NCBI GenBank assembly: GCA_963822045.1
Contig: CAWGGE010000001.1
Location: 5,385,231 to 5,417,230, forward strand
Reading direction: 5' to 3'
Source: an uncultured delta proteobacterium
Lineage (GTDB): Bacteria > Desulfobacterota > Syntrophobacteria > Syntrophobacterales > Syntrophobacteraceae
DNA length: 32,000 nucleotides
Part shown: positions 8,791 to 16,735 of the stretch, in pieces
Position numbering within the stretch: the first letter of the stretch is position 1
Layout: each line of letters starts with the position of its first letter
The notes under the pieces: generated by a model
The model's database searches: none
What the model saw: only the letters and a program-made list of their open reading frames with translations
Told to the model about the DNA's origin: nothing
Position numbers and translations under genes: made by a program

Positions 8791-10218
8791 GTGTTATATC
8801 GTAAGAGTGAAAAGTCAGCCGAAGGAGGTGTCATATGGAAGGGTCATAGTATGAGTAATGCCGAAGAAACAACGGCAAAGGTGCTGGAATTTACCGGATC
8901 GAAGAAGCAGCCTAAGAACAAGCGGAAATCAGGCATAAATCGCAACAGATTCGGTTCCGTTCGGAATGTGAACGGGAAAGTGTATGTTAATTTCAGTTAT
9001 TTGAAGGAACCTGTCAGGGAACCATCTGGCTTGGTTTGGACTAACGAGAACATGCGTGCTGTCAGAGAACAACTTGATCGGATCGGTGTTCAAATCAAAT
9101 CTGGCACATTCAGGTATGCTGAGGTATTTCCCGAAAGCAAGCATCGGGAATTCTTTACCACCAAAGAGCGAGAATTGTTCGGGTTCAAAAAGAGTCCCAA
9201 GGATGTAGTATTCGGGGAATACATTTGGAAATGGTTTGATCTCAAAAAGGGCAACGGAACAGCGGGTGGAAGAACTCTTTACGCCTATAAAGGCTACATA
9301 AGGGGCTACCTCGAACCCTATTTCGGCAAACTGGACTTCAAGTCTATCAACGCCAACGTCATGGAGAAGTTCATTGCTTGGGCACGGGAACAGAATACAA
9401 AAGGAAAACCGGTCAAAATTGAGTCCGTCAAGAAGTACTTCGTTGTTCTTAGGATGGCTTTAACGGAGGCTACGATTGAGTTTGAATGGAAAGACTTTAA
9501 CCCATTCTTTGGCTTTAAGGGCTTCAAGAACCGCACCGATGTGCCTGTAACCTGTGTTGAAGTGGAAGAGGGCGACCTCGAAGACATTTTGGATGACGAG
9601 GGTGAACCAATTCTCCCATTCAGTATCGATGAAGTCAGAGTAATTATTCTGGTTCTCCCCGATCACTGGAAGCCGTTTTTTTGTTTTGCCGTATGCGCAG
9701 GTTTGCGACCGGGAGAATTAATCTGCTTGATGCCACATGATATCGACTGGGAGCAGGATACCGTCACGGTCAGAAGAGCATTGACCTTGGATATCAATGG
9801 GCGACCGATGGTTGGGAGAACCAAGAATAAATACAGCAGAAGAACAATCCGCCTCACCAAATCGATGAAGGAAGCTCTTCTTGCGCAGAAGAAGGTTTAT
9901 GACCAATTCGGCGGCAAATATTTTTTCTGTTCGCCTACCGGGTGCAGAGTTGATCTCAGCAATTTCAGGAACCAAGTGTGGATAAAGACTTTAAAGGAAG
10001 CGAAGGTCGGCTACCGTTCGATCAAACAGACACGTCATACCTTTGCGACCTTGGCAATCAGCCGTGGGGAGGATTTGTTGTGGATCTCCAAAGTCATGGG
10101 GCATGCGAACACCCAAATGGTTCATACACATTATGCTCGGTTCATTGAAAATGCCAGTGGGACACTGAATGGGTCGAAACTCGACACTCTGTTCGAGACT
10201 AACAGTAACGGCAGGTAA
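8791..10218 (+). CDS. int: tyrosine recombinase / phage-type integrase with an N-terminal arm-binding domain
   Basis: Catalytic-domain motifs are present: AGLRPGEL (Arg), TRHTFAT (His-x-x-Arg), MGHAN and HYARF (Tyr). The N-terminus has GSVRNVNGKVYVNFSY, an arm-type DNA-binding domain pattern. The start is ambiguous (GTG 8791 or ATG 8851). Confidence 0.9.
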   Translation: MLYRKSEKSAEGGVIWKGHSMSNAEETTAKVLEFTGSKKQPKNKRKSGINRNRFGSVRNVNGKVYVNFSYLKEPVREPSGLVWTNENMRAVREQLDRIGVQIKSGTFRYAEVFPESKHREFFTTKERELFGFKKSPKDVVFGEYIWKWFDLKKGNGTAGGRTLYAYKGYIRGYLEPYFGKLDFKSINANVMEKFIAWAREQNTKGKPVKIESVKKYFVVLRMALTEATIEFEWKDFNPFFGFKGFKNRTDVPVTCVEVEEGDLEDILDDEGEPILPFSIDEVRVIILVLPDHWKPFFCFAVCAGLRPGELICLMPHDIDWEQDTVTVRRALTLDINGRPMVGRTKNKYSRRTIRLTKSMKEALLAQKKVYDQFGGKYFFCSPTGCRVDLSNFRNQVWIKTLKEAKVGYRSIKQTRHTFATLAISRGEDLLWISKVMGHANTQMVHTHYARFIENASGTLNGSKLDTLFETNSNGR

Positions 10219-10261
10219 AGAGAGGGAAACATGATTTTGGCAAAATTTTGGCAAAATCAGC

Positions 10262-10312
10262 GCAAAAAACACGACAGGTTAGCCCATTTTGAGGCTAACC
10301 TGTTGATTTTCC
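10262..10312. terminator. bidirectional intrinsic terminator between the integrase and the tRNA
   Basis: A perfect 11-bp stem, acaggttagcc (10275-10285) pairing with ggctaacctgt (10294-10304), closes an 8-nt loop. An A-run (10265-10270) lies on the left and a T-run (10307-10311) on the right. It can therefore terminate both int (plus strand) and the tRNA (minus strand). Confidence 0.7.
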
Positions 10313-10316
10313 TGAA

Positions 10317-10388
10317 GCTGGCGATAGGAGTCGAACCTACAACCTGCTGATTACAAATCAGCTGCTCTGCCATTGAGCTACGCCAGCC
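10317..10388 (-). tRNA. tRNA-Thr (anticodon UGU); CCA not encoded
   Basis: The reverse complement folds as a cloverleaf. Acceptor stem: GCTGGCG/CGCCAGC. D arm: GCTC-AATGGCA-GAGC. Anticodon arm: GCTGA-TTTGTAA-TCAGC. Variable loop: AGGTT. T arm: GTAGG-TTCGACT-CCTAT. Discriminator: T. Total 72 nt. Confidence 0.85.
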
Positions 10389-10656
10389 CATTTTTGCGAA
10401 TCCTTATATCACAAGGGTTTGCGGGAAACAAGAATTAAGGGACAATTGAGAGGAGCGTAGCGGGGTGGATGAGCACGGATGAACCGGATAAAGACTGAAG
10501 TGTTGAATTAGATGAACGCTCCCCGTTCGAGTCCACTACGCTCCTCTTGTATTTTCAGGAATTTTCTACCAGAAAAGCACGAATTTCGGAAATGAGATAC
10601 TGAATGCCTCCGGAAGTCCATTATGAATGACAGCTTCCCCTGTGCCCTCATCCAAA

Positions 10657-11886
10657 CTACTGCGGAATAATCACAGTAATCGTCATCTTTTTTTTATCGC
10701 GCTCAATGAGGATTTTGCAATCGGGACCGCTCTGAGCCAGCGTCTGCTGAACTTCCTCTACGGTTTGCACGGGCGAACCGTTGACCGAGAGGATAATGTC
10801 TCCTTTGCGCAAACCGCTTTCTGCTGCGGGGGAACCGGGCAAAGTGCCGAGGATTTGAACCCCCCGACCCGATGCCGCCGGCTGGATCATGACTCCGAGC
10901 TTGGGCCGTTGGACCTGTTCGGGTTTGTCTGTCAGCACGACGTAGTCGGCCAGGTTCCGGTCGAGTGTGCTGAATGGATAATCTATCGGGACCGGGGCTA
11001 TGGTCCTGTACTCGTTCGGCTTTCGAAGGCGGGTGAGATATGGGACCCCGAGGCGGTCGTTTATATGGCCTTGTCCGATAGCGACGACGATTTTGCACTT
11101 CCCTGCCGTCTGCTCCAGGCGCTCCGCAAGGGTTTGAGCCATTGTCTCTTCCCAGGCCAACTGTGCCTCGAAAAACGATTCGAAATCTTTGATCGCCCCC
11201 TTTTCATGCACAGTGTACTCTTTGCGGATCCGGAGCCGGTTGGCGGGATCGTCGAGATGAAATTCGCGGGCCACCCGGGAGCGTTCGTCGGGCGTGAGCG
11301 AATCGAGGCCGTTACGGCCTATCTTTCTAACCACCTCAATCGGGGCGTTCAGGCCGAGAACAGGCATGTGCTTTTCTTTCTGCCAGTCGATAAGGCCGCG
11401 ATAGAGAGGGTAGGGGAATCCCCAGACCTCCTCCCATCGGACCTCTTTAAGAAAGTCCTCCTCGGTCATTTGCCCACGAAGATAAAGGTCCAGAACCGGT
11501 TGCGCCTCTGCTGGAAACATCTCCATTGCCAGTTCAACGCATCGTCCCACCTGAGAGAGTTTCTGCATGACCGTGAGCTGAACTTTGTGATCTTCCTGGC
11601 TCGTGTGCATTTCGCCAACGTAAACGACGGATACATCGGAAAGTTTAGCTATAAGCTCGTCGAAGCTGATCACGTTGCCCGTGGCAGTCTCGACCACGTC
11701 GCCGACATGAAACTCCTCCGGATTGGGTCGTGCAGAGGGAGGCTGAAGTAGTCCACCTGCCGTGGAACAGGCCGCTAACAAAAGCGCAACGCAGATGGGG
11801 CACAGGGCGGCTACCGAGCGGTGAGCGAGATTTGCCCATTTGGGGAACTGAGCGCATAAGCGCCATGGAATTCCAGCCATAATCAA
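10657..11886 (-). CDS. ChaN-like (haem-binding-uptake / Tiki-superfamily) lipoprotein with a C-terminal PDZ domain
   Basis: A lipobox, LLLAAC, follows an ATG at 11880 (the track starts at TTG 11886). The ChaN-type core includes VVYVGEMHTSQEDH...ELAMEMF...IVVAIGQGHI. The C-terminal PDZ-like segment is LGVMIQPAASGRGVQILGTLPGSPAAESGLRKGDIILSVNG. Confidence 0.75.
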   Translation of the reverse strand: MIMAGIPWRLCAQFPKWANLAHRSVAALCPICVALLLAACSTAGGLLQPPSARPNPEEFHVGDVVETATGNVISFDELIAKLSDVSVVYVGEMHTSQEDHKVQLTVMQKLSQVGRCVELAMEMFPAEAQPVLDLYLRGQMTEEDFLKEVRWEEVWGFPYPLYRGLIDWQKEKHMPVLGLNAPIEVVRKIGRNGLDSLTPDERSRVAREFHLDDPANRLRIRKEYTVHEKGAIKDFESFFEAQLAWEETMAQTLAERLEQTAGKCKIVVAIGQGHINDRLGVPYLTRLRKPNEYRTIAPVPIDYPFSTLDRNLADYVVLTDKPEQVQRPKLGVMIQPAASGRGVQILGTLPGSPAAESGLRKGDIILSVNGSPVQTVEEVQQTLAQSGPDCKILIERDKKKMTITVIIPQ

Positions 11887-12302
11887 TCCTTGGAATTTAC
11901 AGGTGCGTTTCTTTCGTGCCGGTTTGTAATCGGTGCTTCGGAATCGATTCTGAGAGGGGAAACTCGCAAGCGATTCCAGCTTTGCAATTGTAGGACAAAC
12001 ACCTACTCTATATAAGGAGGAAATCCTATAAAAAAATCAGACTCACCCTGACAGAGTTTAAGAGCCGCTTATGTAATTGTATTTTCGGGCGAAAGCAACA
12101 GAGGGGCGGCCGCATTTGTTCTTGCCTTCCTTTCAGCGGTTAAGTATAAAAAATGAATAATCAATTGTGGGAAATAGTGTTTATGGGATAAGTTTTAATC
12201 GCAAGCTCTTCGAAGCGGAGGTGATGAGGGGAAAATAGTGGCCGGAGACAGAGGGTTGGCAGGTGGAATTCTTGTAACATATCAAGGCTGAAAGGAGCAT
12301 TC

Positions 12303-13091
12303 GTGAGAGCAAATACCCGCAAAACCAGTTTAGGCGTTTTGGCAGTTGCCCTTTTCATGTCGATTGCTTTTGCCGGATCTTTGGCGTTGGCAGAAGGGCC
12401 CAGCAAGGATTGGACTGAACAACAGCTTCAGGAATTCGCAAAGAAACCGTGGACCCAGGCAGAGCTTAATGCCATGGGCAGAGCGCCCCGTTACGTTATC
12501 GAGAAAAAACTCGACCCGCGCTTTGAAGGCGAAAATCTGACCCAGGAGCAGCTTTTCCGCAACGGCCAACGCGAATTCAGAGCTATTTTCCTGCAGTACG
12601 GGATCGGAATTTCGTCCAACGATTTCTACAAGATATGGATGGAGCAAGAAGGTTTTAAAAACCCCAAAATAAAGCTTCTGGATGTTCGTTCAGAAGCAGA
12701 ATATGACCAGGGGCGCGTGCCCGGCGCCATTCGCGTTGACGCCGGTCTTGCCTATTGGGTCCTGGCGGGCAAGGCCCCTGACCCAACGGCCGATTACTAC
12801 CTTATGTGCAAAGGCGGAAGCCCCGAAAATGGCGGGAATCGCGGCGCCTATGTAAAGAAGATCATGTTGGACCTGGGCTACAGCGGCAAGATCACGAACA
12901 TTACCGACGGCTTCAGAGGCTGGGCTGAAAATGGGTTCCCGGTAGTCAACAATCACGGCCTGTTTATGTTGTTGCCCGGGACCTTCCAGGTTCCCGAGAA
13001 GGATTCTTTTGTGAAGGTAAAATCTATCGGTAACGATTCCTCCACTGCGTCCATGGGCCTGGCACAGAAGTGGGGACTCAAAGATTGGTAG
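12303..13091 (+). CDS. secreted rhodanese-domain sulfurtransferase
   Basis: A signal peptide (LAVALFMSIAFAGSLALA) is present. The rhodanese domain reads LLDVRSEAEYDQGRVPGAIRV...YYLMCKGGSPENGGNRGAY...GFRGWAENGFPV, with the active-site Cys loop. The start is GTG, preceded by the RBS AAAGGAG. Confidence 0.8.
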   Translation: MRANTRKTSLGVLAVALFMSIAFAGSLALAEGPSKDWTEQQLQEFAKKPWTQAELNAMGRAPRYVIEKKLDPRFEGENLTQEQLFRNGQREFRAIFLQYGIGISSNDFYKIWMEQEGFKNPKIKLLDVRSEAEYDQGRVPGAIRVDAGLAYWVLAGKAPDPTADYYLMCKGGSPENGGNRGAYVKKIMLDLGYSGKITNITDGFRGWAENGFPVVNNHGLFMLLPGTFQVPEKDSFVKVKSIGNDSSTASMGLAQKWGLKDW

Positions 13092-13206
13092 AAGGCGGAT
13101 ACCCCCAAGGCGGCATACTGGTTTGACAGGGCGGGATGATCTGTGCCGGCGGGGGGAAATCGGCGGCGCCAACTCAACGGGACGGAGTACAGCGCATCGC
13201 CATGTG

Positions 13207-13296
13207 CAAAAGAATCCCCGTGCATGGCCCTGGTTTTTCCAATTGTGGAAAGCTCCGGCTGGAAAGCAACAGGGTCTTGGCGGGGATTCCTTTTTT
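13207..13296 (+). terminator. long compound stem-loop followed by a T6 run (terminator or leader element)
   Basis: The outer stem is gaatccccg (13212-13220) pairing with cggggattc (13281-13289). Inner helices include ggccctg/cagggtc and tttcca/tggaaa. An A4 run lies upstream and tttttt lies at 13291-13296. It sits between the rhodanese stop (13091) and the methyltransferase start (13416). Confidence 0.4.
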
Positions 13297-13415
13297 CTGA
13301 AAACGTGGAAAGTGTTTTAACGTCGGCAATGAATGTGGGCGCCGGAAGCCGGCTTCTTCCGGCATTAAACGGGATTCATCCTCACGCTGCAAGCCAATGA
13401 GGAAAGCGAGGAACG

Positions 13416-14294
13416 GTGATGTCGAATAACCTGACTACAGTGGTAAAATCTTCAAAAAAAGAGGTGCGTATTTCTCGCGACACCGGTGTTGCAATCATTG
13501 GAGAGCGCATCAATCCGACCGGCCGAAAAGTGCTTCAGGCTGAACTGAAGGAAGAGAAATTCGACATGGTGCGCAGGGATGCCGCTGCACAGGTGGCCGC
13601 AGGCGCCGCCTTGTTGGATGTCAATGCTGGTTTGCCCGGCGCCGACGAGCCAGCCCTGATGATCCGGATAATCGATGAAGTAAGGGCAGCGACCGATGAT
13701 TTCCCGTTGTGCATCGATTCCCCAAAGACTGCAACACTCGATGCTGCGCTGAGGCATTACTGTAAAGACGGCGCCCGGCCGATGGTTAATTCGGTCAGCG
13801 CTGAAACTAAACGCCTCAAGGAAGTGCTTCCGCTGATAAAAGAGTACGGATGTTCCGTAATAGGACTTTGCAGCGGCGACGCCGGGATTCCAAAGACTGC
13901 CGAACAAAGATTCCAGTATGCTGCAACGATTATTGAAGAAGCCGATAAGTTGGGCATACCGGTCGAAGACATAGTCATCGATCCTTTGGTTCTAACTCTT
14001 GGGACGGAATGGCGGGCGGGGAAAATAGTTTTGGACGCAATCCGCATGATCGTTGAAAAATTCGGTGTAAATATCACCATGGGAGCCAGCAACATTTCAT
14101 TCGGCATGCCGGATCGTGAAAACCTGACGGCCTTCTTCATGGCCATGTCGGTTGAAGCCGGATTGAGCTGTCCGATCTGCAATCCTTTGAAAACGCATGA
14201 AGCCGTGGCATTGCGAGCTGCCGACCTGGTTATGGGAAGAGACCGCAGCGGGATGAAATGGATAAAAGGCTTTAGGGCTATGAAGAATTCCTAG
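13416..14294 (+). CDS. pterin-binding methyltransferase (methyl-tetrahydrofolate:corrinoid type, MtrH/AcsE/MtgA-like)
   Basis: The pterin-binding TIM-barrel pattern is present: IIGERINPTGRK, LDVNAG, SIDS (in CIDSP), VNSVS, IDPLV and GASNISFGMP. The likely start is ATG 13419. Confidence 0.8.
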   Translation: MMSNNLTTVVKSSKKEVRISRDTGVAIIGERINPTGRKVLQAELKEEKFDMVRRDAAAQVAAGAALLDVNAGLPGADEPALMIRIIDEVRAATDDFPLCIDSPKTATLDAALRHYCKDGARPMVNSVSAETKRLKEVLPLIKEYGCSVIGLCSGDAGIPKTAEQRFQYAATIIEEADKLGIPVEDIVIDPLVLTLGTEWRAGKIVLDAIRMIVEKFGVNITMGASNISFGMPDRENLTAFFMAMSVEAGLSCPICNPLKTHEAVALRAADLVMGRDRSGMKWIKGFRAMKNS

Positions 14295-14353
14295 AATTGG
14301 GGCGCAAAAGATTAAAATCGTCGACCTTGGAGAGCGCATAGAAAGGCAAGATG

Positions 14354-14947
14354 TTAAAGGGCATCGGACGTGGAATCGTGGTCAGCGCAATTGAACCCGA
14401 TTAGAATGGTTCCGAGTGCGGAATCCTTGGTATCCCATCCGAATTTATTTTTCAAATACAGATCAGCCATGCCGATAGGAGAAGCGGACAGGACATCCCG
14501 AACACCATGAACGCCCTCTATTTCAGGGAAGGCAAGGGCTCGGCAAATAAAGACCGGCGGCTGCCCCGAAGCTGCTTTTATTCTATCGTAATAGATGACG
14601 AAATTTTTGCCGATGGCCTTTATTTTTCCTGACGTTTTGAGGAATTCCAGATGGTCTTTGTCAGTAATTTCTTCGCCGATAACGGCGTCACCCATCATCC
14701 AGGACAGGCAAGGCTTGTCCGCATGCCTGAATTCGTTGTTGTTGAGAACGACACAGATAAGCCGCCTCGATATGACGTCAAAGACCCCCTGGTTGCAATA
14801 TTTCCCGAGGCCACCAAGTCCTTTCTCCTGAAGGTCTTTTTCGAACCGGCAAATTGCATTTACGTCTTCTTCTCCGATCCACCCGACATCAAGTATCCCC
14901 CTTGTAGTTCGCAGGGCTTCTTCGACCTTCTCTATAAGAGCTTCCAT
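14354..14947 (-). CDS. hypothetical protein, 197 aa, no recognisable domain
   Basis: Clean ORF with ordinary soluble-protein composition, convergent with the methyltransferase gene and divergent from the transporter gene. No B12-binding DxHxxG motif was found. Confidence 0.55.
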   Translation of the reverse strand: MEALIEKVEEALRTTRGILDVGWIGEEDVNAICRFEKDLQEKGLGGLGKYCNQGVFDVISRRLICVVLNNNEFRHADKPCLSWMMGDAVIGEEITDKDHLEFLKTSGKIKAIGKNFVIYYDRIKAASGQPPVFICRALAFPEIEGVHGVRDVLSASPIGMADLYLKNKFGWDTKDSALGTILIGFNCADHDSTSDAL

Positions 14948-15021
14948 AGTTTACGCCCAACCGTGAGTATTCACAGGCATTTCAAGTGTATGTATGATGT
15001 GTTCAACGGGATGATCGTAGC

Positions 15022-16623
15022 ATGTCAGCACATGTGATTCAAATAACTTTTCTTGTTTTTGGAATAGTTCTGCTGGCCTGCGTGGGAATACTGGCACAAC
15101 GGAGGGTAAAGAAGCACGAAGACATGTCCGTTGGCGGAAGGTCGTTTAACTGCTGGAGCATTTTTTTTTCCCTCTACGCTTTTTGGGGAGGCAACACCAT
15201 AGCTGGGACCGTGGAACTGGCTCACAGGGACGGCATCGCTTCCGTCTGGTTCGGTATAGTGAGAACGGTGGAGCTTATTATAATCGTCCTGGTAACGGGC
15301 AGCGCGTTTAGAAAGCTCGCGATGATCACGCTGCCGGATTTCATTGCGCAACGCTTCGGTTCTCCGGTTCTTAAACTCCTGGGCGGAATCATTACAGCGC
15401 TGAATTTCACTATATTCACGGTGAGCTCCGTTGTCGGCGCTGCGGCGTTCTTTTCGGCAATACTTGGCTGGCCTCTTTGGGCAAGCGCCACTTTTACGGT
15501 AGGATCCTTTGTGGTTTATACCCTGCTGGGAGGAATGCATGCTATTTCTTATAACGGCAAGATCCTGGTAACGGTACAGATGCTGGCTCTTGTCATAGCC
15601 GCAGTTGTTGGTGTTAAAATGGCGGGATGGCATAATATAATGAATCTCGAACCCAAATACTTCGATATTATGCCGCCATCCTATCCCGCCACCATAACGG
15701 CGTGGTTTTATGCTTTTGCCATCAACGCTTTCGTTGCACAAGCCGCGCTGCAGATTGTCATGTCGTGTGAAACGATCAATGCCGGCAGAAAGGGACTCTT
15801 TTATGTTTTACTGGGTTATATTCCCATTGTAATACTTGCCCCGATTGCCGGAATGGCTGCAAAGGTCCTCTTTCCGACGATAAAATCCGTGCAGGCGATG
15901 CCGATGTTAGCCTCAAGCATGCCTTCCGTCGCGCTGTCCACAATAGTTGTGACGGGACTGTATTTTACTACCCTGGGATGGGCCTCCTCGTGCATCCTTT
16001 CCGGCGGAACGGTGGCCGCAAATGACATATACGGTTACTTTGTTCCAAATGCCTCATCGACTGAACTAATGAGGGTTGGAAGGGTTGCCATTATTATCCT
16101 GTCAGCACTGACAGTCGGTTTGGCCATACTCATTCCCAGCGGTGTCGCGTTCTGGACTGTAGCCGGTTTCGTGGTGAGGGATACGGCCCTTTTCCCGCTT
16201 ATTGTGATCGGCCTTTTCTGGAATGCAATCTCACGAAGAGCCGCTCTTGCCGCCGCGATTGCCGGACCGTGTATCGGTATCGCCTGGTATGTCGCAAAGT
16301 ACCCCGATATGCTTCTCGACGCCCACCCCATGTTCGTCGGTATGATAGCCTCCATTGTAGTTATTACGGTCTCAACATTATTAGAAAACCGCAGCCGGAT
16401 GAGGTTTAATCGATCCCGGAAGGGTGTTGTTTTTGCCTTGGTCGCGATGGCCGGCGTTGTGATGATAGCCGTCCGGGAACCGGAACTGTTAAAAGCGAAG
16501 CTGCTTCCTGCTGTGATCGGTTATACTATATCTTTTCTTTTTATTTCTGTTCTTTTCCTTATTCAGCGCACTGATGAAAAGGGATCTGCGCTGGAGGTCC
16601 CTTTAAGTATCGAAGAGTGTTGA
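15022..16623 (+). CDS. sodium:solute symporter (SSS) family transporter
   Basis: A 533-aa polytopic hydrophobic protein with SSS-like N-terminal patterning (GGRSFNCWSIFFSLYAFWGGNTIAGTVE...). The substrate is unknown. Confidence 0.75.
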   Translation: MSAHVIQITFLVFGIVLLACVGILAQRRVKKHEDMSVGGRSFNCWSIFFSLYAFWGGNTIAGTVELAHRDGIASVWFGIVRTVELIIIVLVTGSAFRKLAMITLPDFIAQRFGSPVLKLLGGIITALNFTIFTVSSVVGAAAFFSAILGWPLWASATFTVGSFVVYTLLGGMHAISYNGKILVTVQMLALVIAAVVGVKMAGWHNIMNLEPKYFDIMPPSYPATITAWFYAFAINAFVAQAALQIVMSCETINAGRKGLFYVLLGYIPIVILAPIAGMAAKVLFPTIKSVQAMPMLASSMPSVALSTIVVTGLYFTTLGWASSCILSGGTVAANDIYGYFVPNASSTELMRVGRVAIIILSALTVGLAILIPSGVAFWTVAGFVVRDTALFPLIVIGLFWNAISRRAALAAAIAGPCIGIAWYVAKYPDMLLDAHPMFVGMIASIVVITVSTLLENRSRMRFNRSRKGVVFALVAMAGVVMIAVREPELLKAKLLPAVIGYTISFLFISVLFLIQRTDEKGSALEVPLSIEEC

Positions 16624-16735
16624 AGAACGGCTGTGTCGCCAGTTTTTGTTTTTGTCTTGATAATACGACGTTTACCAATTAATGGCCCGCGAGCAGTGAT
16701 TTGTCACCGCGCAGCTTGCGGATGCGGATGGAGCT

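Larger units (their letters stand above)
4263..10316. mobile_element. small tRNA-Thr-associated integrative element with its own replication module; left boundary not proven
   Basis: The integrase lies next to the tRNA 3' end. Spot counts of 60-nt lines give about 32-35% G+C at 4.5-5.9 kb versus about 52% at the window start. Gene content is int, alpA-like, a RecA-like ATPase, a prim-pol Rep and iterons. I could not find a direct repeat of the tRNA 3' end at the distal side. Confidence 0.6.

Noticed and set aside
10500-10557. A possible second tRNA or tRNA fragment, because of GTTCGAGTC (T-loop-like) followed by an acceptor-like arm
   Set aside because: The five nucleotides on either side of TTCGAGT (CCCCG and CCACT) do not pair as a T stem, and no D or anticodon arm can be built. 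It is kept only as a long inverted repeat.
10627-11751. A 374-aa plus-strand ORF fully antisense to the ChaN-PDZ gene
   Set aside because: It has no recognisable motifs or RBS, and its composition is typical of a shadow frame. The minus-strand frame has a lipobox plus ChaN and PDZ motifs, so it is treated as an antisense artefact.
13092-13415. A cobalamin riboswitch upstream of the corrinoid-type methyltransferase
   Set aside because: I could not find the B12-box or the GCCACTG-type core by eye. Only a generic compound hairpin with a U-tract is supported.
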